Positions 42,345 through 56,476 of a stretch of 64,000 nucleotides of DNA are shown piece after piece. The stretch comes from the human T2T-CHM13v2.0 reference genome, Homo sapiens. Position numbers and translations under genes: made by a program. The notes below the pieces were generated by a model that was not told the origin of the DNA, made no database searches, and was given only the letters and a program-made list of their open reading frames with translations. The stretch lies in assembly GCF_009914755.1 (NCBI RefSeq), contig NC_060929.1; one strand, written 5' to 3'. Numbering within the stretch: position 1 is the stretch's first letter; the number at the start of each line of letters is the position of its first letter.

Positions 42345-45084
42345 AAACCTCCACATCAGGTTATTCTTCTACATTCAAAAGCAAACCGACTAAAACAACA
42401 AAACACAGCTCCACATCCTATAAAAGATAAAGCCCCAATCCCAGACATATTTTTCATTTCATTAAAGTTTCTTCATCATCTAAGCCTATTCTTCTGGATT
42501 TATCTGCCAGCTATTCCCATATTTGACACACATTTCATTCTCTAACTCCTCAAATGGTTTTAAATTCACCACATATGAAATGATATCATATATCTTTGTG
42601 CCTTTTATACATCTATATCCTCTTCTTTACATATTTTTATCTATTTCTCTTTATAGTCTAGTTCAAATGTCCTTTGGCTGCATTTTTCCTACTCTTTCCA
42701 ACTACTACAGGAAGAAAAAAAATGCCAACTTCAACCATATTTTTCATACTGGAACAAGAAGGTATTCTATAAATGATCAAAGAATGCTCATCTAACCATA
42801 TGAAAGAAGAAAGATTTATTTCCTTTCTCTTTCCCTTTACTTTTTTGCATGATTTATAATAAATTCATACAATTACTTAAGTAAACATGAATATAAGTGA
42901 GAAATGAATAGAATGAGAGTAAGTTTTGCAAAATGTTAAAGAAATAATACACTGCCCTATGTGATTGTTGAAAAAGAAAATTATAAAAGGGGGTGGTAAC
43001 ATCATAAACAGGCTCCACAGCATTACTCTATTAAAAGTTAAATTGATAAAAGAAAACTGTCTTTCTTAATAAAGAAATGTTAATAATCAGTTAGTATGGC
43101 TTGAAATCTATATATTCATTGTTCTTGATTATCACTCTCTATTTTGTTATAGCATTCCACTGAGATTATTCTCAGCTGTATTTGCTTATGTGGCATTTAT
43201 GAAAATCCTCATATTAAAAAGAAAATAATTTCAAGCCATTCTCCTCAAATGCATTCTGCATCAATATGAATTCCACTCTAATTAAAAACAAATGAACATG
43301 CCAATTTCTTTAAATTAATCCTTTCTCAAATTATTATCTTTAAAGTAGTTGTATGTTAAATAAATATCAAACTATTTTTATTTCTTCTTATCGTTGTACA
43401 TAGCACAGAGTGAACCAAAGGACATTTGGGAGGAGTATGAGTCTCTTCTCATTTATCTGGGCCTTTGGATGTTTTAATGCTCTGTTATGCTTTAAAGAAA
43501 AGGAGAGAAAGTGCTGCATTTATCATTGGAATGGCTTAGTATCAATTATTCATTATTCATATTTGCATCACAGATAATACTGAGGTTGATATAATCATGG
43601 ATATTTAAGAATATGGAGTTGCCTTTTATAGGAATTAAATTCAAAGTGTTCACTTCTCTTATTCTATAAATAAAAGATCTGGACTGAAACCCCAAACCAA
43701 AATTATCCAAGATCAGAGATTTAGAAATTAATTAAAATTTTCTACAAAAAATGCAAAAATTTCACAAAGAAAAGGTAAGCAATTTTCTACATAGAAATTT
43801 TGAATATTGATGAGAACAAATTACTAGATAAAAGAGATGACCATGGGGGGAGAGGAATTATTAATAGTTGAGATATTAAATGGTTCATTCTATTTCAATC
43901 TTACCATCTTACATTGTTAATCTAAAATTTGTATTTTTTTCCTCAAATCTGATAGCTGAAATTAATTGATAATGTTTTAAAACTACACTAAAGCCTAACC
44001 TTTACTGAATAAGCTAATCTCATAAAAGGATAATGAGAAAGAAAAAGAAAAGGCTTCATCTTTCTACTTCAGAAATATGGGCATGCACAGAGAGTTTGAA
44101 AACCATCACAGGAAGATTCATAAAGCCACATTAGTTTAATTACACATCTGCCTTATCTCTTCAACCTTGTCTTTCTGAGTTGTTATATCAATGGTTAATC
44201 TTAACTGATCTCTGATTAGAACTGAGAATATAAAGCTTGTTTTGACTACAGCCTAAGTAAGGGTAGATTCTCCCATTACCAAGCGGGGAGTGTCAAAGCA
44301 GCACTTTAATTACTATGTCTGTGAAGGTTAACTGTAACTGTCTAAATCTCAGTGTTTAGATTCCTACCATCAGCAAAGGAAAAGCAGATTACAATTGCCA
44401 GCGCAAGAAACAATTGAACCAGTTTGTGCCATATCAATATTCGTAAAGAAGAGAAAATTTATGACTTTATCTCTGTTTCCTATGTGAGAGTTTCAACAGA
44501 GGTTTCCCTTTGAAATGAGACGTATCCAATTTAACAAAAATAATACCCGCTAATTATGAGGGACTAGACAAAGCATCATAAAAAAACAGAATAAAAAAGT
44601 CAGAAATCACTTTCTGTTTTTAGGAGGAACATAGTCATTAGATCCTCTCAAATTGGCATGTAAAATGAAACTGTGAGGAAAAATAAAACAAAGAAGCTAA
44701 AAAATAAATAATTATAAAAATAAAGAATCCTATATTCTAGAAAATGTAGAAATAACTGGTTACTTCAAGTTTCATGATTTTGTTGTGTTTATGTCAACTC
44801 CTTGTAAATATACAAATATTTGAATATTTTGATTTCTAATAAATTTTTTTAAGTAAAGAAGTTTTAAATAGGATTTGCATTTTCAGGTATTAATTAAGAA
44901 GGTAAAAGCATATATCTTGATAAGATTTTTTTTACCTACCTTTAAAAAGGCTGGCATTCTTTAAAACTCCCAACTGCTCCTGGGTTCCAGCTTGTCTATA
45001 TTTCCCAAAAGAGCCAAGCTGTTAGGTAACAAAGCTGGAAAGACAAACATATACAGTCAGAATGTTAACTATCTTTTCTAATAA

Positions 45085-46530
45085 ACATTTATTTTAGAAT
45101 ATTTTTACATTTTCTTAAAAGTTGCAAAGATGGTATAGAGAGTTCCTGTATACCTCACACCTGATTATCACTATTGCTAATATCTTACATTATAAGTGCA
45201 TTTCTCAATGTACTTTTGATGTATGTACAATGTACTTACAATGCTGCTTTTGATACATTGTGATATATAGTGATACATTGTGATAGATGGATCCAAATGA
45301 ACCAATATTGATACATTATTGAGTTCACTAGTTTTTCTCCTAATGTCATTTTCTATTCCAGGATATCACATTGCCTTGTCATTATGTCCCCTTGGCCTCC
45401 TCATGGCAGTGATAGTTTCTTAGACTTTCCTTGTTTTTGATGACCTTGAACGTTTTGAAAAGCAATGGTCAGACATTTATAAAATGTCCTTCAGTTGCAA
45501 TTTGGCTGATGTATTTCTCACGATTAGACTGGGGTTATGGTTTTTTGGGAGGAGGACCATAAAGTATCATTTTTGTCACTTCATATCAAGGGTATGCGTG
45601 TCATCAGTATGACTTATTACTGTTGACACAGATCTTGATCAGCTGACTGGAGTACTTATTACTGTTGAGACAGATCTTGGTCAGCTGACTGGAGTCCTTA
45701 TTGCTGTTGATGCAGATCTTGATCAGCTGACTGGGGTACTTATTTCTGTTTACACAGATTTTGATCAGCTGACTGGGGTACTGTTTGCCACCGTTTCGTA
45801 CTATAAAGTTCCTTTTGTTCCTCCTTTCCATACTGTACTGTTTGAAAGCAAGTCAATAAAAGCAGCCCACAGTCAAGGGATACAGAGTTAAGCTCCATTT
45901 GCTGGAGGGGAAAATGACACAAATTATTTGAAATTTTCTGAGAGAAATTTACCTATTCTCCCCATTTGTTTGTTTCCTTGTTTGTGTATTCATTTATTCA
46001 TTCAGTAATTTATATGTATCAGTGTAATCTCATGGATATTTATTTTGTATTTCATGTTATAATACAATACTACACTGTTTATTTTGTTGGTCTAATTGTT
46101 TTAGCTTTGGACTTCGTGAGCTCTTTCAATTAGCCTCTATGTCTTTTTTGACATACCATATTGGTTGGTTTAGTGAGTACTTCCTTAAGTCCTGGCATGA
46201 TAAGATAGTCCATGTTAATTTAAAAATGCATACTATAAATGTTATAATCTTCTTGCCTCAGACCTAGACTCAGCCTTTTTTTTTCAAGGATCTCTGGTTC
46301 TTTTTATCAGAGAATGGTGAGAAACCAAGATCTGACTACTAGTTATGGTTCCTTGCCACTGGGGTGCCATTACTTCTAAGCCCTCTCAGTGAAGTGAGCT
46401 GGGAAATTTATGTATTTATATTAATGTGTATATGCAGACATCCATAATTGTCTCTATATCTATCAATCTGTATCTATAATTAGATAACATTATTTCATAC
46501 TGATAACTTCAACTCCAGCTTCATATTATT
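45085..46530 (-). mobile_element. L1MC-type 3' UTR
   Basis: AAAGTTGCAAAGATGGTATAGAGAGTTCC, TTTCCTTGTTTTTGATGACCTTGA, GATTAGACTGGGGTTATGG, GAAACCAAGATCTG. Confidence 0.85.
45612..45779. repeat. Minisatellite, 4 x 42 bp
   Basis: Unit ACTTATTACTGTTGACACAGATCTTGATCAGCTGACTGGAGT at 45612, 45654, 45696 and 45738; gives the 14-aa repeat in ORF 45604-45831. Confidence 0.97.
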
Positions 46531-47370
46531 AACTTCAGGCTGATACCTTCAACTTCCTTAATCTATATTAAATAAACAGCATTTTGGGTGCAATAGAGTA
46601 TATATTAAAACCACATTTTTCATTTCTTTATGAAATGCTCCTCTCTCAGTAATATATCAAGAGTGATTCTTATAAAGATGTCCACACAAGTGGACATGTT
46701 TATGATGCCTGATTCTGAAGAATCATTAAGAAAGTCCATGGACATTTATTTTCATTCGTTTCTACTAAAGTTCATTACGCTTGAAAAAGAAAAGCAGCTT
46801 TTAATACCGTGTGCATACAACCACAGCTACCTGATGGTTTTTTCACCAAATGCCATAGACTGCAACAATAAAAAGGACTTGAGGAGATATATACTGCTTT
46901 ATAAGATCTAATATATTTTCTTCTATTGAGGCAACCTATTACTATGACCATGTTTTCATATAATTCATTTTTAAGACAAAAAGTCTGAGTTAGCTCAATT
47001 ATACCTATGCAAAAAATGTAATTTTTAATGAAATTATAAAATAATTATAATTAATGTACATGTTAATCATTACAGCTAAATAGTAGTCAGAATATATAAA
47101 TGTTTAACATTTTTATTATAAAAGTTTAGTAGAAAATACAGATAGTAACAAGGTAGACTAATAATCCATATGGGATAACTTATTTTCTGAAAGTAAAAAC
47201 ACCAACTCATTTTATCATTCTGTTATTCTGATAACTAATAAAGGCTTCCCTGTCAAACAAAATCTTTAGGTTTAAAAAACATTAAAGTGAGACATAAACT
47301 TCCAAGAAATTCTAAGCCATTTCATTCCCTTCATCTATATTAGATATTTTGGTTAGAATGTAATAACATC

Positions 47371-47872
47371 TGTATCAGTTTCCTGTGGCTGTGACAAGTA
47401 ATTACCATAAATGTAGTAGCTTAAAGCAACAGAAACTTATCCTCTCACAGTTTTGGAGGTCAGAATTCTGAAATCAATAAAAGATTGAGATGAAATCAAG
47501 GTGTCACGGTGCTGCCATCCCTTCAGAGGGTCTAGGGGAAAATCCATTTCTCGCCTCTTCCAGCTTCTGGTGACTGCCATCGTGCCTTGCCTTGTGGCCA
47601 CTTTCAGTATTCAAGGCTAACATCCTCAAATTTCTTCCTCCTCCTTTACATTGCCTTTTCCTCTGTGTATTCAAATCTTCTGCCTCTCATTTTTAAGAAT
47701 GCATGTGTTTATAATTTGGGCCTATTCAGCTAATACAGGATAATCTCCTCGTTTTAAGATCCTTTATTTAATCACAGCTGCAAAGACCCTTTCTTGTCAT
47801 ATAGGTTAACATTCAAAGGTTCTATGAATTAGAACATGGCTGTCTTTGGGAAGTCATTTTCCAGCCTACCAT
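47371..47872 (-). mobile_element. MLT1 LTR (MLT1C/D-like)
   Basis: TGTATCAGTTTCCTGTGGCTG..GCCTCTTCCAGCTTCTGGTG..CAGCCTACCA. Confidence 0.87.
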
Positions 47873-47878
47873 AGATCA

Positions 47879-48654
47879 TGAGGATTAAGCTCTGAATTTT
47901 TTATCTTGCCCAAATTCCTATCTAAGGGGTCTGGAGAGTCATCCCCTACAAACCATCAATTCTCAACAGATGGGTTTTATTTAACCTTGTATATGGTGAC
48001 TTACTTTGCAACCTGACTCAGGCATCACATTAGGAGACAAGGAAGAAAATCAAAATATTTTACCCCAAAACATGTTTCTTTGCCATATGTTGAACTGGCC
48101 CTGCAAAGCTGTCCTTCCTGGTGAACAATTTGCATCTGTAAAGAATTTCTATTAACATAGGTAGATCTTTTTCTTCCAGGCCTTCCCAATCCTAAAGAGG
48201 TTAACTAAAAGTCTAGCACCTTTTAAAGATCTGAATAGGAAGCATTTGTCATCTGTTGTCTCTAAGGGCAGCCACTATAAGACCTCAAAAGAACCTTGGT
48301 CTCCACAATCTTTGATCTTAACTTGAACATTTCCTTTCTATGAATCCCAGGTCTTTAGACAAACTCAACTAATAGTCAACCAGAAAATGTTTAAATTTAC
48401 CTACAGCCTGGAAACCACCCCCTCCCGCCCCACAGCTTTGAGTTGTGCCACCTTTCTGGAGCAAACCAATGTATGTCTTACATGTATTTGATTGATGTCT
48501 CATGCCTCCCTGAAATGTATAAAACCAAGCTGTACCCCGACAACCTTGGGCACATAGTCTCAGGACTTCCTGAGGGTTGTGTCACAGGCCATGGTCACTC
48601 ACATTTGGCTCAGAATAAATCTCTTCAAATATTTTACAAATATTTTCATTGATA
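47879..48654 (+). mobile_element. MER4-family solo LTR (MER4D/E-like, ERV1)
   Basis: TGAGGATTAAGCTCTG..CCCAAATTCCTATCTAAGGGGTCTGG..TTTGGCTCAGAATAAATCTCTTC; flanks ATCA/ACCA. Confidence 0.88.
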
Positions 48655-50194
48655 ACCAACTTATAGATCTACTTCCTATCCGCTTCCATAGGGGAGAAAA
48701 AAATTACTCTAATAAAACAACTTCCTCATGACTCTATCTCACTACAAGACAGTGTGTATGGCTAAGGCAGCAGAAATATATACACACAATGAAAGGGTGT
48801 TTTAAAATATTGTTTAAGACAACCTAGGACAGGCATATAATTAACTTGCTTAGAGAGATGGATAGATGTTACTTAATAATGAAACTCTAATAACTATTTC
48901 TTTCCCTTCAGACTAGGACTACTGATAACCTGCAATTATGTGTGACAAGCTGAACAAAACCACAGAACCAGAGTGTCAGACTATGGCTACATAATTTTTA
49001 GAAAGAGCTTAATTAAGCAAATCTCATAAAAGTTTTTAAAGGAAATATTTTCTAAAGTCAAAAGCAAACTACATTCATAAAGTGTGATTACTGGTACAGT
49101 ACACCTTTCAGTGACATTAACTTTCAGGGGACCTTGACAGGAAGAAAAAATAAATCTCAAGCTACTAGCAATAAAGTCAGAGGAGTGGTAACTGATGATC
49201 CAGGAAATTTTCACAGAAAAATAAGGGTATGAATGGCTTCCATAAGGCTTCAATTACCAACGTTGTTAATGAAATTCAGGCATCTTGGGTCGCTTGAAGG
49301 AAGGAACTAATAATGAGCTGCTTACATGCAACTAGTTTGTAGAATGAGTAGTCCCATCATGGAATGGGAATTAGAAGAAAAAGAAACAAACACAAAAATC
49401 TTCTGTCCACTAGTATTGGGAAGCTGCACAAATACCAGCTGTTCAAGACTGGCCATAGATAGAAAGAGGTTAACCTTGAGAAGCAGAGGGCAAGCTTGAG
49501 CCTGATGTGTGTAAACTCCAGATTTGCCCAAATATATAATATGGTGGATGCAACCCAGAGTAGTAATATAAAGCATGGTATAGCACTGGAGAATCAGTAG
49601 GACCTCAGCAGAGCAAGTACCAAAATATCTTGAAGAGATTCTTTCACAACGTAAGACCCTAGATTCCATAACAAGGAAAAAATTTAAAAAAAAAAATGTG
49701 AGAGAACACAATACACCCTCAATGAAACTCAGTGGAGCGATAAAGAGAAAATTTATTTCTTAAGAACTAATAATAATAGAATAATCTGTAATAGACACAT
49801 AATACACATTTAAAGCCTTCAGAGAAAATGGAAGGAATGTAAACTATAAGAAGAGCATGTCAAACACATAACAAACAAATTTGACCAAAAATGCTTTCTC
49901 TCTATATATTACTCTAGAGGTGGTCCTATGGGCCACCCATAGCTAATCCTAATATTCATTTGAAAGAACAAAACCCAAGAAGTTAATAGACTTTGTTGGA
50001 AACATAAAATTACCCTATCCGATATAAAAAAATTGTTATAAAAATATGGAAAAAAAACGTATGTTATTGGCATAGAGTCTAAATGATACATATAAATATG
50101 TACGAACGTTTCACTTAAATCAGTGGGAAAAGAACAGACTTTTAAATAAGTGGAATAGGAAAAACCCACCATGCAGATGCACAAAATCAAAGTA

Positions 50195-50480
50195 CAGTCA
50201 TCCTTAGGCAGCCACAAGGGATTGGTTCCAGGACCCTCCTAGGTATCAAGAGCCACAGACGCTCAAGTCTTTTATGTAAAAAGGAATATTATTTGCATAT
50301 AACCTATGCACATCTCCTGTATTCTTTAAATCATCTCTAGATTACTTATAATAATTGCTATGTCATATTGATATTAATTTGTATTATTTTTCATTGTTAT
50401 AATTATTTTTCTAATTATGTTCAATCTATGGTTGGTTGAATCCAAAAACATACGCTCCACAAATACATAAGGCTGGTTAC
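50195..50480 (+). mobile_element. MER2 (TcMar-Tigger)
   Basis: TA|CAGTCATCC..GATTGGTTCCAGGACCC..TTTGCATATAACCTATGCACATC..AAATCATCTCTAGATTACTTATAATA. Confidence 0.88.
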
Positions 50481-50529
50481 AGGTTTCTTTAATTATATCA
50501 TACATAAAAAATAACTTTCAGATGCATGA

Positions 50530-50864
<335 letters not shown>

Positions 50865-51603
50865 AACATATATAATTTTTATGAAATAGGAAAAGCTTTC
50901 TTTAAACAAATATTGAAAACACAAAATTTGAATTAAAATTAAAATCATATATTTAAAGCTAAACTTGCAAAGAAAAGAAAAGCTATGTCATTGACTATGA
51001 GAAAATATTTCCAATCATGGAACATAATTTAGTGTAAAGATAATATTAAGAATGTCAACAATCAATAAAGTATTGAATTTGGAAATCTATAAATGGAATA
51101 TTTACAAAAAGAAAAAAACAGGACTTCTAAAAAGCATATAAAAATGATTCCACAGCCATTATCAGAGAAATCCAAAAAAAGCACAATAATAACACATAAT
51201 TTCTCATTGAATTAGTTGGCAAAAAAGATAATAAAGATAATGTCTGAAATTATCAATAATTGGCAAGGATGTGGAGTGATGGAAGCTCTCAATCATATCG
51301 TGGGTTGGTAATCCACATGGACACAACTGCTTTGAAGAACCATTTGGAATATCTACTAAAAGTGAAATGCAGGTAACCTGGACCGCAGGAATTCTGCTCC
51401 TATATGCATGTCTAAACAAAGTCTTGCCCGTGTTTATAAGATGTTAACTATAGCTTTGTTCAAATTCCTAAAAACACTGGCATTTTTGAAAAGCATTTCA
51501 GTTATGACAATCAAAAAATAAGTAATTGCTTACATAATTATTTCAACTAATGAATTCATGAAAATGGTCTTATAACTCATTGGAAAATATTTGTAACTAT
51601 GAT

Positions 51604-51630
51604 TGTGTGTGTGTGTGTGTGTGTGTGTGT
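51604..51630. repeat. (TG)n microsatellite
   Basis: Seen directly. Confidence 0.92.
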
Positions 51631-52452
51631 ACATTCAATTATATATATGGGGTTTGTGTGTGTTTGTTGAGCATGTGTGATGTTAGAAAAGGTAGTTCAA
51701 GGTTTGCTTTATTATATCATAGTTACAATTAAGAATATCATACCTAACACCCAAGGGGAACAATCACAAAATCACGTCAGTATTACTAAGATGAGTTATA
51801 GATACATAAGTATTAGAAAATACAGTGAGCCAGAGTCACGAACTTTAATAAAAGACAACACGAGGGCAACAAAAGACTATATTAAGTGAAGGCTGTTAGC
51901 TTACAAAGTGATAAGAGTAGAGATTCATTTTATCAGTAAAGAGGATATATTAAAGAATTAGATACACTTGCTTTGTGTTCTTCTACCTGATTCTGGCATA
52001 AAGATAAATCCTCTTGTAATTAGCTAAGCTACTTCACTGTGGGGTGGTGGTAAAAAAAGCACAGCAATGAAAATAAATGACACCAGAAAAATGTAAGCTG
52101 AGAGACATGTCAAAAAAATCAGGTAGTAGTTGTGCTTCAACAAGACCCAGGGCACTAGTTTGGGGTAAGTACAGTCTGCAAGAGCACAATTCATGAGGTC
52201 ATTTCAGCTAACCTAAGAAAACCCAAGACTAATATCAGCTGAGGACATGTGGTTATCAATAGTGGGGTAACAGAATTCCTTGTAAGAAGCTGCAACTTGG
52301 GCATAGACATACATCTTGTTTCCAATGCCCCTACGATAATGAAAAGGATTTTAAAAGGAGGTGAAGTCTGTACTAATGCAGGAAAGTAAGGAATGGAATC
52401 AGAGAAATTGCTGCTAAATGTGTGAGATGTTACTAACATCAAAAATAATCCC

Positions 52453-52730
52453 TGCTGGGAGTGGTGGCTCACACCTGTATTCCCAACACTTTGGGAGGCC
52501 TAGTCGGGTGGATCATCTGAGTTCGGAGTTCAAGACTAGCCTGGTCAACGTGGCAAAACCCCATCTCTACTAAAAATACAAAAAGTTAGCTGGGTGTGGT
52601 GGCAGGTGCCGGTAACCCAGGAGGGTTGAACCCAGGAGGCGGAGGTTGCAGTGAGCCGAGATCCCGCCACTGCAGTCCAGACTGGACAACAGGGCGAGAC
52701 GCTGTCTAAAAAGATAATAATAATAATAAT
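52453..52730 (+). mobile_element. AluS with right-arm deletion and (AAT)n tail
   Basis: The CTACTCGGGAGGCTGAGGC segment is missing; TSD AATAATCCC. Confidence 0.9.
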
Positions 52731-53196
52731 CCCAAGATCCCTGTAATAATTTTATTTAAAAAACACCATGTTATAAAAGAAAATAGAATAATCCCAGTAA
52801 AATCCCACTGATATCTCTTGAAATTAGAAGACTGAGGAACTGAAGTGCATCTGTGGTGCACGGTACTTAGAATTCCTTCAAAGGCAAAAGCAACCACACT
52901 GTGAGGTCCACCACCAACAACAAACAAACTAAAGGGGATATCTGCAGATGGCCAAGTTTTCTCCTGATACAGCTGAGCATTACTATACTAGAAAAGGAAG
53001 ACCAACAACATAGAAAGCCAGGTGTGGAAAGTTGACAACAGGTTCAAAAAAAAAAAAATGTATTGACAGCTTTTCTCCCACAAGCACTCTCCAGGCCCTT
53101 AGTGTCTCCCAGCTTTCACTGAATAATGAACATGAAATGAGCATCATACTCACCAGCTTTCTAACTTCAGATTCTACAGCATCTGAGTATCTTCTA

Positions 53197-53652
<456 letters not shown>

Positions 53653-53879
53653 TTACGAAAAATAATGTTTGAAAGAAAGTAGATACATTTTTAAGTAATA
53701 TAAGTATAATACAATTATTTTATAATAATAAAATGATAGCAATATTATTACTAATTAGTAATTTTCTCATGGTAAAATTAGAGACTATGGGTCAAATGAA
53801 TTAAAATATGAAAGATAAGTTGTCAAAACACAGAGTAAGATAAAAATATGTCTGCCTGAAGTCGGTCAATTGACAGTAT

Positions 53880-56000
53880 CATAACCTTTAAAATCACACT
53901 GAAGATTCCAGATAAAATAGAAAATTAGAAAAGTCACCAAAATACATGAACATTATTAATTGAAAAAAATACACAGAAACACATAAACATATTTTTAAGT
54001 GAATGGTTGAATATGAAAGAAAGTAAAAGAGATGTTCTAAAATGTGCAGCAAAGCTGAAAGACAAGCACAGGGAGGAGAGTGCTATAGATCAAGTGACTC
54101 ATTTAGCATCTATGAAGCTGGCACAGGTTGAAGGTGGATTGGAGAAAACCAGAAATAACCAGATCCCAGGAAGCCTATACACTTAAAAAAAAAAAAGTAT
54201 CTCCTAAATTAGAAAACAAGTAAAGTTTATTGTTGCTTCTAGAGAATTTTGTTAAAGACAAATATCTGTTCTGAGGATGTATGGCCTGGCAGGCTCTTAT
54301 CTGAGTTTGAGAATTTAATTTACATTATTTGTTTGGTTCAAAATCAATCCTTACATCAGGATTTGAATTTAAAGTGGATTGGGTGTGCAGTGCCTTCCAG
54401 ATGAACATAATCATCCCCTTAGAAAATAACTCACAACTCACACCACAAAGATATTTTCAAGGTTGAGTCTTAAATCACAAAACACAAAGGATATCTGATA
54501 TAGTTCACTAAGATAAGAAGAACAAGAAATAACAAAGACATTAAAAAGGAAGAACCCTACCTGACATTATTTAGAGATGTGATTATGTTTTACTTTAAAA
54601 ATTCAAAGGATCATCTACCAAAGATATGCAATTAATAAGAGATTTTAGCAAAATTTCTGAACAATGTTTAAATAATTGCATTTTAATAACTGTTTTAATA
54701 ATTGCATTTTAATAATTATCTCCTTGCAACAGGAGATAAAGGTATAATTTTAAAATCACTTACCTTACCAATATTCATTATATGTATCAAGAAATAAATT
54801 TAAGAAAAGGATATAATACTTTTAGTGATGCAATTGTAAAACTTGATTGATAACTATTAAATAAGAACTAAATAAGTGGGAAGACATATCCTGTCATTGA
54901 ATCGGATTTAAGTATATACCAATTCAAAGAATTCCAGGTAAAAGGAATTCAGATATTTTTCCCCATGGAACTTGTAAAGCTGATAGTGAATGTCATGAAA
55001 GAACAAAGGATTAGAATAGCTAAGACATTAATAATAAATAAGTACAAGGGAGATGGTATTGTCCTGCTCAATAATAAACCAAAATATATTGATTAAAACA
55101 GTGAGACGTGAAGTATAGGAAAGAAATATTGATCAATGAATGTGATATTTTAAATTCTACATAAATACATAATTCTACATAGTTGACATTTTTAATTCTT
55201 CATGATGCTTAAGTATTTCCCATTATTTATAATTATTTAGAAATGGAAGGGAGAGCCTTGAAACACACACATACACAAACTCACACTGAAAACCTAATAT
55301 ACAGCAAAGCTGATGTGAAAAATAACAGGGAATCATAGACTATTTGATATGTAGTAATGAGAAATTTGATGATCTCTAATTAAAAATTTTTATATCCCTA
55401 CCTCACTCTACATACAAAAGGCAATTCTATGTAGACTAAGCAATTAAATGTGAAAGATCAAAGTGTAAGACTGTTGATACAAAATATAGTAAAATATTTT
55501 TATCAACTTGGAGTAGAAAATGTTAGAAAAGTACTAAAAAATTCTACCCATACAAAGACAGGCTTGTAAATTTCTATACAACATATAAAAACTTTATAGG
55601 ACAAATAATTATTATCCTGATCATATGAAGCAATTGTACAATACAATTAAGAAAAAATAACCTTATAAAAATGGTTGAAACTCATTAAACTGTTATTTAA
55701 AAAATAACATACACATGACTTAAACCCCATTTAATGATGCCCAAACTGATTAGTAAAGAAAGCAATGCACTATGTCGTAAAACTAAGGACATAATGAGAT
55801 ACTATGAACATAAACTAAGATGGCAAGATAAAATGTCACAAATGGCCAATGTTGAGAATGTGGCAAACAATTGAATATTCATATAATACTGACAAAAATA
55901 TAAATTAGTACAGCCCTCCAATACAAATAATTTGTCACTATGTATAAATAATTCTAATTACAGATTTTAAAAATGGAATATAAATACCATTTATAATTTC
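53880..56000 (+). mobile_element. Old L1M(E) ORF2 remnants
   Basis: CAATTAATAAGAGATTTTAGCAA, CTAAATAAGTGGGAAGACATATCCTG, ATCCCTACCTCACTCTACATACAAAA. Confidence 0.7.
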
Positions 56001-56184
56001 TGAAAGAAATAAATGGCTCTATTAAATCAAGAAAATCCAAGGAGTAGTAAAATAAAATTATGAAAACATAAGGTTTTTATTTTTCATTTTTATTAAGAAG
56101 CTAATTGCTATAATCTATTGATATTGGTAGTTATAAAGTTCTATGTCTGTAATAATAAACACACAATATAATGTTAATAAAAGT

Positions 56185-56476
56185 GGCTGGGTGCAGTGGG
56201 TCACACCTGTAATCCCAGCATTTTAGGAGGCTGAGGTGGGTGGATCGCTTGTGTCCAGGAGTTCGAGACCAGCCTGGGCAACATGGCGAAACCTTGTCTC
56301 CACAAAAAATACAAAAATTAGCAGGGCATGGTGATGCATGCCGGCAGCCCCAGCTACTAGCGAGACTGGAGTGGGAGGATGACTTGAGCCCGGGAAGTTG
56401 AGGCTGCAGTGAGCCATGATGGTGCCACTGCACTCTAGCCTGAGGGACAGAGCGAGACCTTGTTTCAAAATAAAAA
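56185..56476 (+). mobile_element. Alu (AluJb-like)
   Basis: CCTGGGCAACATGGCGAAACC, GGAGGATGACTTGAGCCCGGG. Confidence 0.92.

Noticed and set aside
45251-45290. 20-bp tandem duplication (similar ones at 54665-54716 and 13385-13415)
   Set aside because: Ordinary two-copy slippage duplications.
45604-45831. Repeat protein (YPSQLIKIC..)x4 or a CRISPR-like array
   Set aside because: The units are contiguous with no unique spacers and no cas genes, inside an L1 UTR. The open frame follows from 42 being divisible by 3.
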